Shown: positions 30,318 through 40,259, counted from the first letter of the stretch. The stretch: DNA of 64,000 bases from Candidatus Aminicenantes bacterium (GCA_963727095.1 CAVSEQ010000002.1:184797-248796), one strand, 5' to 3'. Notes: a model not told the origin generated them from the letters alone. Numbers and translations: made by a program.

Positions 30318-31649
30318 ATGGCATCGTCCCCGCCGTTGGACCGGCGACTCGGCCTCTTCGATGCGACGATGATCGTCAGCGGCGCGATCATCGGGGCCGG
30401 GATCTTCATGAACTCCGCCGAGAGCGCCAAGTTTCTCCAGACCTCGTCCCAACTTCTCACCGTTTGGATCGCCGGCGGGGTCATGGCTCTGATGGGCGGT
30501 TTCTGTTTCGCGGAGCTCGGAGCGATGTTCCCTACGACGGGGGGGCAGTACGTCTTCCTTGAAAAGGCCTTCGCCCCCTGGCTCGGCTACCTCTTCGGCT
30601 GGACGCTCTTCAGCACCATTCAGACGGGCGCCATCGCCGCCGTCGCGTATACCTGCGCGCGGTTCGTCAGCACGCTGGTTCCCTTGAGCAACACCGGCGT
30701 CGTCCTCCTGGCCGCCGCCATCATTTGGGGGCTGTCGATCGTTAACGTCCTCGGCATTCGGCCCGGCAGCCTGGTCCAGAACGTGACGACAAGCCTCAAG
30801 ATCGGAGCCCTCTTTGTCCTCATCGGCATCGGTCTCTTCGCCCATAAGCCTCCGTCCATCACCTGGGGACCCGTTTTTCCGCACGGGTTTGGTCTCGGCG
30901 TGTTAAGCGCGATGGGGCTGGCCTTGATGCCTGCGCTTTTTTCCTACGGCGGCTGGCAGAATCTCAACTTTGTGGGCGGCGAGGTCCGCCGGCCTTCGCG
31001 GAATATCCCCCTGGCCATCCTTTCCGGAGTCGGGCTCGTCGTCGTGGTCTATATTCTGTCCAATTTGGTGTACATTAAGGCTCTTCCACTCGCGGAAATC
31101 CAACGCTCCACCCGGCTGGCTGCCGACGCGGCGGGAGCCATGGCCGGATCCTGGGGCGCCCGGTTTGTCGCCCTCGCCATCATCATCTCCACTTTCGGCA
31201 TCACCAACGTCTTCATCCTGACCGGCGCCCGTGTGTATTATGTCATGGCGCAGGAGAGATCCTTTGTCCCCTGGGCGGCAAAACTCCACCGCCGTTTCCA
31301 GACGCCCCACTATTCGATCCTCTTCCAATCTCTTTGGGCATCCGCGCTTCTCCTCTCCAACACCTATGGTCAACTCCTCCGGTACGTCACCTTCGGCGAC
31401 TGGATCTTCTTCGCCCTGACCGCCTTGGCTCTTCTTGTCCTTCGCCGGAAAATGCCCGACATTCCCCGACCATACAAGGCCTGGGGATATCCCATCGTCC
31501 CGCTGCTCTTTTTCCTAATTTCGACGGGGGTCGTCATCAATGTCTTTATTTCCACGCCCCTCCCGTCTCTGGCGGGCACGGGAATCATCCTCCTCGGCTT
31601 GCCGCTTTATTTTTTTTATAGACGGAGGAACGTTTCGCCTGGAGGGTGA
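30318..31649 (+). CDS. APC-superfamily amino acid permease
   Basis: The ATG at 30318 has GGAGA upstream. About 12 TM segments are predicted by eye. The N-terminal GAIIGAGIF motif is present. Confidence 0.8.
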   Translation: MASSPPLDRRLGLFDATMIVSGAIIGAGIFMNSAESAKFLQTSSQLLTVWIAGGVMALMGGFCFAELGAMFPTTGGQYVFLEKAFAPWLGYLFGWTLFSTIQTGAIAAVAYTCARFVSTLVPLSNTGVVLLAAAIIWGLSIVNVLGIRPGSLVQNVTTSLKIGALFVLIGIGLFAHKPPSITWGPVFPHGFGLGVLSAMGLALMPALFSYGGWQNLNFVGGEVRRPSRNIPLAILSGVGLVVVVYILSNLVYIKALPLAEIQRSTRLAADAAGAMAGSWGARFVALAIIISTFGITNVFILTGARVYYVMAQERSFVPWAAKLHRRFQTPHYSILFQSLWASALLLSNTYGQLLRYVTFGDWIFFALTALALLVLRRKMPDIPRPYKAWGYPIVPLLFFLISTGVVINVFISTPLPSLAGTGIILLGLPLYFFYRRRNVSPGG

Positions 31650-31708
31650 GTCCCGAACGCCCCTTCGGCGCCGGCAGCGCATTTGAGATGTTTTGCGGTG
31701 GCCAAGGC

Positions 31709-31945
31709 TATATAGGCGATTAAAAGTAATTTGTAAAACTCTAATTTACATTACTTTCATCTCTGTATATATAAACTATTTATAATAAAGTACATATGAC
31801 AAATAATGGATTCTGAATTGTTATTATGATGTAACGATATAGGACACATAATAATTGTCAAATGAAGATTTTACTTGATTTATGACAAAAAATGATGATA
31901 TAATAATAATGTCCAATAATAGGACATATTTGTTGTGTAAACCGG
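31709..31945. promoter_or_regulatory. extreme AT-rich intergenic island with internal direct and inverted repeats, upstream of the diguanylate cyclase gene
   Basis: My hand count over 31721-31940 gives 47 G+C out of 220 nt (about 21%). TATGACAAA(T/A)AATG occurs at 31795 and 31881. ATAGGACAYAT occurs at 31839 and 31919. An inverted repeat ATGTCC-N7-GGACAT lies at 31909-31927. Confidence 0.6.
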
Positions 31946-32011
31946 TCGGCGATTCCAGACTCCTAGCGCCCGGGAGGCGGCGGCCGGATTGGCAAGGCAG
32001 GATCGAAAAAC

Positions 32012-34468
32012 ATGGCCCGTCAACTTTGTTTGGTCAGCTGCTCGAACTTCGAGCGCGAGGTCCGGTCCATCTCGGGCCTGCCCGAATTCCGTGACCTCGT
32101 CCTGGCGACCTTGCCCGCCCGTTGCGACCTCGTCGATGCGACTTGGTCCGGCCTTCCGGACCTCCTCCAAAAATGCCGTACGGAGGGCCAATCGGTTTGC
32201 CTGTTAGGCAGCTATTGCCTGGCCCGCGCCGTCAGCACGCAGGGTCCGGCCGACGTTTGCCCGACGGCCCAGAAGAGCCTGTGTTCTGAATGGATCGCCG
32301 ATAAAGACACTCTCGATCGTTTTTTGGGATGCGAGTCCCTCCTTGTCGTTCCGGGCTGGCTGAAGAGCTGGGAACAGCATCTCGAGAGCCGCTGGCCCAG
32401 TAACCGGAAGGACGCGCAGGCCTTCTTCCGTGACTCGGCAAAAAAAATTGTCCTCCTTGATACGGGCGTCTATCCCAAAGCGCAAAGCGATCTCAGGGGC
32501 TTTGCCAAGTTCCTGCGCCTGCCCTATGAAACCTATTCCGTCGGGCTGGGCTTCCTGCGCTTGAACCTGAGCTCGTTGGCCTTATCGCGCCGGCTGGAAC
32601 AGGAGCGGGAAGAGGTCGAGGAACAAATGGACGGCGTCCGCCGCTTGATGGCCGACTACACCAGGCTTGCCCACTTGCTGGGAAGCGTCACCAACGCTCA
32701 AAACGAGGAGGAAGCGGCTTCGGCCGTCCTGGATGTTTTCCGGGTCCTCCTTTCGCCTGAGAAAATCGCTTACCACCCCGTTCCTTCTTTGTCCCATAAT
32801 CCGAGTCCTGAGGACTCCCCGCAAGACCGAATTCTATCGCTCAACGCCGACTATGCTTGGGTCGATGACCGCACCGGCTTTCATCTGCGGGTGGCATACG
32901 GGCGCGAAACCCTCGGCATCTTGGAAGTCGTCGGACTCGCCCTGCCGAACCGGAAGGACCATGACCTGGGCCTCGGGCTCGCACTGGCGAAAGTCATGGG
33001 ACTCGCCCTGGCCAATGCCCGTTCGTTCCGGTCACTGCAGGACCAGCAGAACAGGGCCCAAGCCGCCGAGGCCGCCTTGAGGGTCAGCGAAGAGAAAATC
33101 CAGTCGGTTTTCTCAGGCGTCCCGGTCGGCCTTTACCGGACGACGCCGTCCGGTGAGATCGTCGATGCCAATCCTGCCTTGGCTCGCATGCTCGGCTACC
33201 CCGATCCGGCCGCCCTGAAGGCCGTCAACTGCTGGGATCTCCATCTCAATCGCTCCGATCGGGAATCGTGCCTGACGGTCCTCGACAGCAGTCATTTGAT
33301 CGAGACATTCGAAACGCAGCTTCGCCGGCGTGATGGAACCCTCATCTGGGTCCGAGACACGGCGCGGGCCGTCAAAGACCAGAAAGGGCAGACCTGTTTT
33401 TACGACGGCGCCCTGGAGGACATCACTCGACGGAAGCACACGGACGCCGTCCTCTCCTGGAACCTGCAGTTGCGAACGTCCCTGGCGGATGTCTCGGCGC
33501 GGCTCCTTTCGCCGACCTCCATCGAAGAGATGTCCGGGCTCGTGCTCGAACATGTCCGGCGGCTGACGTCGAGCTTGACGTGCTTGGTGGGCTACGTCGA
33601 CCACCGGAACGGGAGACTCGTTACGGCCGCGGCAACCGATGATGCCCGAGAGATGATCGTTCAGCAGCCCGACAAAGCCTCGGACGCCCACCACGGCTCG
33701 GCCCTCTGGAATTGGGTCCTCGCCAACAAGAAACCGATCTTGACCAATCTCCCCACCCTTGATCCAAGGTTCACGGGCCTGCCGAGTTGGCATTTTCCCG
33801 TCACCCAGCTTCTGATCGCCCCGGCCGTGATGTCCGGGAATCTTGTCGGCCTCATCGCCGCCGCGAACTCGGACAACCTGTATTCCGAGCGAGATCTGGA
33901 AGCCGTGGAGGGGCTGGCCGCCCTCTACGCCGTGGCCGTCGACCGGATGCGGGCGGAGGAGAACCTCAGAGATCTGTCCCTCGAAGATGAACTCACGAAA
34001 CTCTACAACCGGCGCGGCTTCATGGCCCTGGCCGAACAACAGTTCAAAGTGGCCCACCGTTCAAAGAAGGAGATGTTCCTCCTCTATGCCGACCTCGACG
34101 ACCTGAAGAGGGTCAACGATACCTTCGGCCACGAGGAAGGCGACGTCGCTCTCGTCGAGACCGCGGCCATCCTGAGAGAGGCCTTCAGGGAGTCCGACAT
34201 CATCGCCCGGATCGGCGGGGACGAATTCGTTGTCCTGGCCGTTGATGCCGGGGAAGACAAAGTCCAAGCCATCGAACAGAGGTTGAAGGACAAGTTCGTC
34301 GCCTGGAACGCATTGACCGCCCGGCGCTACCCCTTATCGGTCAGCCTCGGCTGCGCCTATTACGACCCCAAGAAGCCCTGCACGATCCAGGAGCTCGTCG
34401 CCCTGGCCGACAAAGCGATGTACGGAGACAAGGCAGCCACAAAAGGGGCGGCCGCACCGGGGGCTTGA
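32012..34468 (+). CDS. multidomain diguanylate cyclase: Cys-rich N-terminal domain, GAF/PAS sensor region, GGDEF domain
   Basis: An intact GGDEF (ARIGGDEFVVLAV) is present with an RxxD I-site (RESD) five residues upstream. A PAS-like region carries YRTTPSGEIVDANPALARMLGY. Confidence 0.85.
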   Translation: MARQLCLVSCSNFEREVRSISGLPEFRDLVLATLPARCDLVDATWSGLPDLLQKCRTEGQSVCLLGSYCLARAVSTQGPADVCPTAQKSLCSEWIADKDTLDRFLGCESLLVVPGWLKSWEQHLESRWPSNRKDAQAFFRDSAKKIVLLDTGVYPKAQSDLRGFAKFLRLPYETYSVGLGFLRLNLSSLALSRRLEQEREEVEEQMDGVRRLMADYTRLAHLLGSVTNAQNEEEAASAVLDVFRVLLSPEKIAYHPVPSLSHNPSPEDSPQDRILSLNADYAWVDDRTGFHLRVAYGRETLGILEVVGLALPNRKDHDLGLGLALAKVMGLALANARSFRSLQDQQNRAQAAEAALRVSEEKIQSVFSGVPVGLYRTTPSGEIVDANPALARMLGYPDPAALKAVNCWDLHLNRSDRESCLTVLDSSHLIETFETQLRRRDGTLIWVRDTARAVKDQKGQTCFYDGALEDITRRKHTDAVLSWNLQLRTSLADVSARLLSPTSIEEMSGLVLEHVRRLTSSLTCLVGYVDHRNGRLVTAAATDDAREMIVQQPDKASDAHHGSALWNWVLANKKPILTNLPTLDPRFTGLPSWHFPVTQLLIAPAVMSGNLVGLIAAANSDNLYSERDLEAVEGLAALYAVAVDRMRAEENLRDLSLEDELTKLYNRRGFMALAEQQFKVAHRSKKEMFLLYADLDDLKRVNDTFGHEEGDVALVETAAILREAFRESDIIARIGGDEFVVLAVDAGEDKVQAIEQRLKDKFVAWNALTARRYPLSVSLGCAYYDPKKPCTIQELVALADKAMYGDKAATKGAAAPGA

Positions 34469-34485
34469 CCGAAAAGCCGCGCCCG

Positions 34486-35853
34486 TCAGGCCGCGGTCTT
34501 GTATCTTTCCATCTTATTGTAAAGGGTCGTGCGTGAGATGCCGAGGATCTTGGCCGTCTGGCGGATGTTGCCTTTCGTCACTTTCAAAAGATACCGAATG
34601 TAGTCCCGCTCCAGATCGTCGAGCGAGGACAGGTGCTCCCGGCTGACGAAGGCCATGGCGCCCTCCGGCGGAATGAAATCGCGAAGGTGCTTGGGCAGAT
34701 TGGCGACGTCGATGAAATCCTTCTTGCAGAGCATGGCCGCGCTCTCGAGGACATTGGCCAGTTCGCGGACGTTCCCCGGCCAGCGGTACTTAAGAAAAAG
34801 CTTCTGGACCTCGCGCGAAACCCCGCGCACGCTCTTGCCGAATTTCTTGTTGAAACCCTGCAGGAAATGCCGCACGAGCAGGGGGATGTCCTCGGGGCGC
34901 TCGCGCAGGGCCGGCAGCTCGATGACGACTTTGTTCATCCGGTGGAACAGGTCTTCCCGAAACGTCCCGGCCTTGACCATCTCGGTCAAGTCGCGATTCG
35001 TGGCCGCCAGGACTCTGACCTCGATCGACACGTTCTCGTTGGCGCCGAGCGGGCGGAACTGGTGAGTCTCAAGAACCCGAAGCAACTTGGCCTGGACGCC
35101 GACCGGGACCTCGGTGATCTCGTCCAGAAAGATGACGCCACCGTCGGCTTCCTCGAAAAGACCCGGCTTGTCCTTGTCGGCCCCGGTGAAGGCGCCTTTC
35201 CTGTAGCCGAAGAGTTCGGATTCGAACAGGTTCTCCGGAATCGACGCGCAGTCGCAGACGACAAGGGCCTTGTCACGGAACGGGCTCAGCCCATGGACTG
35301 CCCGGGCGACGAGTTCTTTCCCGGTGCCCGTTTCCCCTGTGATGAGGACGCTTGTAAAATACTTGGCGATGTTCTCGATCAGCCCGAAGATCTCGAGCAT
35401 GTAGGGATTCCGGCTGACCAGTCCTTGGAACACGTACTTGCGTTCGAGTTTTCGCTCGAGCTGGAACGTTTCCCGGCGGAGCTCCCGTTTTTGCGATATC
35501 TTGCCAAAAATCTCCTGGAGGATATCGTCGCGATAAGGCTTCGGGATGACGTCGGTCGCGCCGGCGTGGATGATGTCCAGAATGGCGTCCTTCTGCAAGG
35601 GCTCGGCCCCGACGAGCACGTCGAGCAGAGGGTCAAACTTCTTAAGTTTCTTGAGAATCACAAGGGAGCCCGCAATCGATTCGGCCGTATCGATGAGGAC
35701 GACCCGGATCGCGTTGTCCCGGACGACGCCCACGGTGTCGTCCTCTGCCTGGGTGAAATAGAGGTTGAAGTCCCCGGCCGCGGATGTTTTCTTGAAGGCT
35801 TCGTAGAGCGCGAAATCGTCAGAAATGATAAGGAGATTCGTCTGCGTATTCAT
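34486..35853 (-). CDS. sigma-54-dependent response regulator (NtrC family enhancer-binding protein)
   Basis: The receiver domain has candidate acceptor Asp (VVLIDT) and Lys (IPKPY). The AAA+ module carries GETGTGKELVARAVH, the GAFTGA loop and ESELFGY. A C-terminal Fis-type HTH is present. Confidence 0.85.
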   Translation of the reverse strand: MNTQTNLLIISDDFALYEAFKKTSAAGDFNLYFTQAEDDTVGVVRDNAIRVVLIDTAESIAGSLVILKKLKKFDPLLDVLVGAEPLQKDAILDIIHAGATDVIPKPYRDDILQEIFGKISQKRELRRETFQLERKLERKYVFQGLVSRNPYMLEIFGLIENIAKYFTSVLITGETGTGKELVARAVHGLSPFRDKALVVCDCASIPENLFESELFGYRKGAFTGADKDKPGLFEEADGGVIFLDEITEVPVGVQAKLLRVLETHQFRPLGANENVSIEVRVLAATNRDLTEMVKAGTFREDLFHRMNKVVIELPALRERPEDIPLLVRHFLQGFNKKFGKSVRGVSREVQKLFLKYRWPGNVRELANVLESAAMLCKKDFIDVANLPKHLRDFIPPEGAMAFVSREHLSSLDDLERDYIRYLLKVTKGNIRQTAKILGISRTTLYNKMERYKTAA

Positions 35854-35928
35854 GAGCCCGTGCCCCTTCCTCGGCGGCTTCCCTCATCTTAGCAAGTTCG
35901 CCTGCCTTTGACAATGGAATTCTGTTGA

Positions 35929-38900
35929 CTAACTTGGCCTCTTGGAACGAGCCGGTCGGCCGCGCAGGAAGGCGATACGGACCCGGTCGCGGCTTTCCTC
36001 CTCGAGACGGATGACCTCGAATTTCGCCTGCGTCAAGTATTTCACGTGGGCCCGGAGGTAGGCCAAGCCCTCCTCGCACAGGAAGTTCAGCCAGTCGCCG
36101 GTGGCGGTTTCGTCCATGAGTTCCGGCGTTTCCTCGACAAAGGTCGTCTGGGCCCTGGGTGTCAGCATAACCTCCGTCGAAGCCCGCCTCTTGGCATAAA
36201 TGTCGAGGCCGTCATGGATCTCCAAAGCGTCCATCTGGGGCGCCCAGCGGGTTGCCCAGCGTCGGTAGCGAGCGGCGAACCTGCGGTTCGACTCTTTGAA
36301 CCTTTCGTCCGCCTGCAACTCCCGGACGATGAATCCCATGAGCTCTTCGCCGGCTTCCTTGTACTGATCGTAAATGGGCAGGCTCAGCGTCCTGAAATAG
36401 GTGAACCACCCCTTAGGGATCCAGTATTCACGGAAGAGATAGGGCGTGTAGTTGGAGAACGGCTGAACCCATTCATGGGACGGATAGCCGTGGAGGTTGA
36501 GAAAGATGTCGGGAAGCCATTTGTCATAGAGGTTCGTCCTGACCGCCGCTTCGGGGAGAAGGGGTTTGGACCCGATCGGAGCGCTGACATCCACGCCGAG
36601 TGAGCCGTACCGGCCGGCATGAAGGCTGTGGAAGCCTTCGACCTTCTGAAGTTCATAGGCGAGTTGGGCTCCGTCCGGATTTTCCATGGGCTCCAGCACG
36701 AGGCTGACATTCTTCAGGAACTCCTGGGTGGAACGGTCCCGGGCGACCCGTTCAGCGAACCTCAGCAGATAGTTCGTCGAACACACCTCATTGGCGTGCT
36801 GGCGCGCCGAGATCTGGAGCGTCGGCTTGAACGTGACGAGGCGGGGCAATGAGACGTATTTTTCGAGAGGCAGGTAAAGCTCGAGGACCGGGACATCGCG
36901 TCCCTCGTAGGATTTTCCGCCGACCCAGCTCCTGACGAACTTGAATTGGCCGAGCCTCCGGGCGTCGTCGAGCGCCATATCCGGTGAGATGATCTCGTGG
37001 GTCGTGACGATGGCCTCGTCCGGCTTCGGCGGCGCGGCCGGAGGTTTTTCCTGCGGCGCAGTGAAAACCACGGGAAGGCGCTCCTCCTTTTCCTGGTCCT
37101 GAACCCTGAGCCGCACGATGATCTGGTGAAGCTTGGGAACATTGAACGGGTCTTCGACCCACGCTTTTTCACTGATGCGGCGATAGGCGTCGAGGATGTC
37201 AAGGACGGTCAGATAATCGGCCTCTTTTTCCCAATCGGTCTCGATGAAAAGGTTTTCGACCCTCTCGGCTTGGCCGTCGTAGATGAAGCCCGGGAACCGC
37301 GTCTCCTTGGGCTTGAGGGTCGGAAAGCTGATCTTTTTCGAAGCCTCGTTTCCGCCTTTCTCCTTCCAGGTCAGCGTCATCTCGGGGGACTGGCCCGGCC
37401 AATCCTCGAGGGTCACCTTGACGCGCGGCGCCCCGCCTTCGAGGGAGGGGTGGAGCACCGGCAGGATATTGCCCGGGGCGGAAGAGCGGGAGGCCTCCTG
37501 CGGCAGCTCCTTGTCCTCCGGGTCATAACGCGTGATTCCCCTCAGAATGTCGAGCGTGTTGAAATAGATTTCGTCGTGAAGGGCTTCGAGCGAGCTGATT
37601 GTTTCTTCATCGAGTCCGAGCCTGTAGTCCGGCTCGCTCGCCCAGAGCTCCACCTGAAGCCGCTTGAAATACGGCTGTTTGGAAAATGTCGGTTCGTTGC
37701 CCGTTTTCTTTTGGACGTAGGCACACAGGGGTTTCAAGACCTCGCTCTGGTAGAAACCCCAGAACTTTTCGAGGTCGGTCTGGAGCGCCGTATCGAAAAA
37801 GACCGCCGTTCCGGACTTTATCTTCAACCAGCCTTCCGTCACTTCGGCCGGGCCCCACTCCGGCAGGGCGTTCGCGAGGAGGATTTCCCTAGTCCTCGGC
37901 GTAAAAGTGTCTTCCAGGAGCAGCCCGTTTTTTTCGTCGAAGGCTCTGACCTCATAGGTGGGCCCGCCCGGCTCCTTCATCTCGAACTCGATCCGCTCGA
38001 GCGGAATGGACAATTCTCGAGCCAGGATTTCGTCGACGGGATAGAGCTCCTGGAGCCAGCGCGCCGGCTCAGCGTAAGTCCGTTTCGGCCGCGTCAGGTC
38101 TTCTTTTTTTTCAGAAAAACGGACGACCAGATGATGAACGGCCTTGCCTTTGAGGGCCGGCAGGATTTTCTCCGTCAGCCAGGAGAATCCCGGTTTATAG
38201 GCGGAGAGAACGCTCACTTCGGCGCCGGGAAAACCGGCCGCCGCAAGCGCCTCCCGCACGCTTTCACGGACCTTCTGGCGGACGGGGGGAGATTCGCTGA
38301 TGCCGAGACTGACGTTAAGAGACGCCGGCCCGGCCGCCGGCGGATTGAGTCCTTGGATTTTCTCTTTAATGAGAGCGACGGCGTCATCCGCTTCCCACGA
38401 AAAAGACTTTTCCTTGTTGAAAATGGTCAGCCCGGTTCGAAGCGTCGAGCTTGTGACCGTGAGAGGGGCGGCCCCGACGGCGCCCTCCAGGAAGCCGCGG
38501 ACCGCTTTCTCGAACTTCTTGTTCGGCCGCGGCAGGAGAATCTTGACATCGAAGGACTCAAACTCTTTGCCTCTGTATGCGGCCGCCGTTTTTTCCAGTT
38601 GGCCGAAGAAATACGCCTCCGCCGCTCCCTTCTCGCCCTTCAGAAACTTTTCAAAATCGGCGGCGACGTCGCGGAACTGGGGCCTGCCGTCGGCGTAATC
38701 GTCGAAGTACGGAAAAGTCCGGGAAAAATAGGACAGCGTTTTCTCGAGGCCCGGCGTTTCCGCGGCCTGGATCACGAGTACGCTCGACTTGCCGAAGGCT
38801 TTGGGGACCACCCGGACAAGTCCCCAGCCGTTTTCGAGGGAAGGCATTTTCAGCTTGCCGGTTTTGATGAGGTCACGGGAAAGGGAGTTGGCGCCAACGA

Positions 38901-40068
38901 GGATGGGCGCGGGAAGCGCCCTTCGGCTCTCCACTTCCGAGTCGAGGATGACGACCGGGAACGAAGCGCCCGCCGTGGCCAGCATGAGTCTTGTTGCAAG
39001 GTCCGCGACGCCCTTGGCGGCGGGCTCTTTGGGGATGATAATCGACGAATCGAGATTGTCCATGATGCCGTCGTGGTCCTGGTCGGAGTAAAAGCCCTTG
39101 ACCGTGGCCAGACTGAGGATGTCGAAATCTTTGCCCGCCGGTTCGCTTCCCGGCCGTTCTTTGAAGGACGGCGTCAGCAGCCGTCTCGTCGAGCCGATGC
39201 GGGGCAGCACGATCTCGGCCTGCATCTTGTCTCCCCAAAGTTCGAAGGTCATTTGGCTGCAGGCCGGGGGGCAGAGGATGTCGGTCTGATCGCCTGTCCT
39301 TTGCTGCCTCTGGAGGATGAGCAGGGCGTTCCGGGCTTTGTCGCGGTCCGCATCATTTGTGAAATGCAGCTCGACGGTTAGGTTCTTGATCTGCCCCTGG
39401 TTCCACGACAGGCCCTGGAGCGCATCGGCCTGGGCCGGACGCACCGGGAATTCATAGAGTGCTTGGCGGACGACGATCTTGTCGAGGGAGACGGAGGCGT
39501 GCTTGAAAAACTTGGCCGCGTCGTTTTCAAGTGAAAAATAGGTTGCGCTTGTCTCGCGGCCCCAAATCTCCCAGAAATACGGCCAGCGCAGGAAAAAAGC
39601 CCGGCCCGTTTCGAGCAGCGCTTCGTCCGAACCGGCGACGCAGGCGATGCCCGGCGACGTCATCTGCCCGACTAAGAAAACGAGACCCTGGTTCGGAGCG
39701 AAAGAGTCGGGGGAGATTCGCTGCTCCCGCAGGGCCTCTTTTACCGAGCGAAGCCGGCCGCCGATGAGGATCGGAGAAGGCAAGGTGCGGAGATCGCCGG
39801 CCTCGGACTCGCGCCGGACGAGTCCGAAGTCGATCGCCACGCTTTCGAAATTGGCCCGGGCGGCGATGTCGGCCGCGAGAGCGAGCTCGGCGGCGGTCGG
39901 GTTGTCCGGGATGATGATCGAGAGGCGGGGCTTTTCGCCGAGTCCGTCCCCGTCAAGGTCGATGATCGTTTTCCCCGGAGAAAACAGATGGGACAGGCTC
40001 GTGACTTGCCCGAACCCGAGCTCGACGAACAGCAGTGCGGCTGAAGCAAGGAGAACGATTCTTTTCAT
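35929..40068 (-). CDS. very large secreted protein with a C-terminal M14 (zinc carboxypeptidase) domain
   Basis: 1379 aa with a signal peptide. The zinc motif HANE (HxxE) lies at about 36787-36798, and a downstream LNLHGYPSHEW supplies the third ligand. The N-terminal ~900 aa are unassigned and contain a duplicated module. Confidence 0.7.
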   Translation of the reverse strand: MKRIVLLASAALLFVELGFGQVTSLSHLFSPGKTIIDLDGDGLGEKPRLSIIIPDNPTAAELALAADIAARANFESVAIDFGLVRRESEAGDLRTLPSPILIGGRLRSVKEALREQRISPDSFAPNQGLVFLVGQMTSPGIACVAGSDEALLETGRAFFLRWPYFWEIWGRETSATYFSLENDAAKFFKHASVSLDKIVVRQALYEFPVRPAQADALQGLSWNQGQIKNLTVELHFTNDADRDKARNALLILQRQQRTGDQTDILCPPACSQMTFELWGDKMQAEIVLPRIGSTRRLLTPSFKERPGSEPAGKDFDILSLATVKGFYSDQDHDGIMDNLDSSIIIPKEPAAKGVADLATRLMLATAGASFPVVILDSEVESRRALPAPILVGANSLSRDLIKTGKLKMPSLENGWGLVRVVPKAFGKSSVLVIQAAETPGLEKTLSYFSRTFPYFDDYADGRPQFRDVAADFEKFLKGEKGAAEAYFFGQLEKTAAAYRGKEFESFDVKILLPRPNKKFEKAVRGFLEGAVGAAPLTVTSSTLRTGLTIFNKEKSFSWEADDAVALIKEKIQGLNPPAAGPASLNVSLGISESPPVRQKVRESVREALAAAGFPGAEVSVLSAYKPGFSWLTEKILPALKGKAVHHLVVRFSEKKEDLTRPKRTYAEPARWLQELYPVDEILARELSIPLERIEFEMKEPGGPTYEVRAFDEKNGLLLEDTFTPRTREILLANALPEWGPAEVTEGWLKIKSGTAVFFDTALQTDLEKFWGFYQSEVLKPLCAYVQKKTGNEPTFSKQPYFKRLQVELWASEPDYRLGLDEETISSLEALHDEIYFNTLDILRGITRYDPEDKELPQEASRSSAPGNILPVLHPSLEGGAPRVKVTLEDWPGQSPEMTLTWKEKGGNEASKKISFPTLKPKETRFPGFIYDGQAERVENLFIETDWEKEADYLTVLDILDAYRRISEKAWVEDPFNVPKLHQIIVRLRVQDQEKEERLPVVFTAPQEKPPAAPPKPDEAIVTTHEIISPDMALDDARRLGQFKFVRSWVGGKSYEGRDVPVLELYLPLEKYVSLPRLVTFKPTLQISARQHANEVCSTNYLLRFAERVARDRSTQEFLKNVSLVLEPMENPDGAQLAYELQKVEGFHSLHAGRYGSLGVDVSAPIGSKPLLPEAAVRTNLYDKWLPDIFLNLHGYPSHEWVQPFSNYTPYLFREYWIPKGWFTYFRTLSLPIYDQYKEAGEELMGFIVRELQADERFKESNRRFAARYRRWATRWAPQMDALEIHDGLDIYAKRRASTEVMLTPRAQTTFVEETPELMDETATGDWLNFLCEEGLAYLRAHVKYLTQAKFEVIRLEEESRDRVRIAFLRGRPARSKRPS

Positions 40069-40259
40069 GGCGCCCTCTCCGCGGTCGAAAAAGGTCAGGG
40101 GGATTGTATCACTATGGCTGCCCGGCCGAAAGTGCGGGAGGGGCGGCTCATCGGCAAATCGGTTCTGAGGCCGCCGCTCGTCCGGCGATCGGGGTTCCCG
40201 TGGTCGAGGATCACCGCTTTTTTGGGGGAACAGGCGGCATCTGGTACAATAGCGGGTCT

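Noticed and set aside
31882-32094. A 70-aa ORF starting inside the AT-rich island and overlapping the diguanylate cyclase start.
   Set aside because: It overlaps the well-supported 32012 start in another frame. Its AT-rich first third and GC-rich remainder look like an accident of composition, and it has no RBS or motif.
36997-39381. A 794-aa ORF on the plus strand opposite the M14 giant gene.
   Set aside because: It is an Arg/Gly-rich antisense frame. The minus-strand product has a signal peptide, an internal duplication and M14 zinc motifs.
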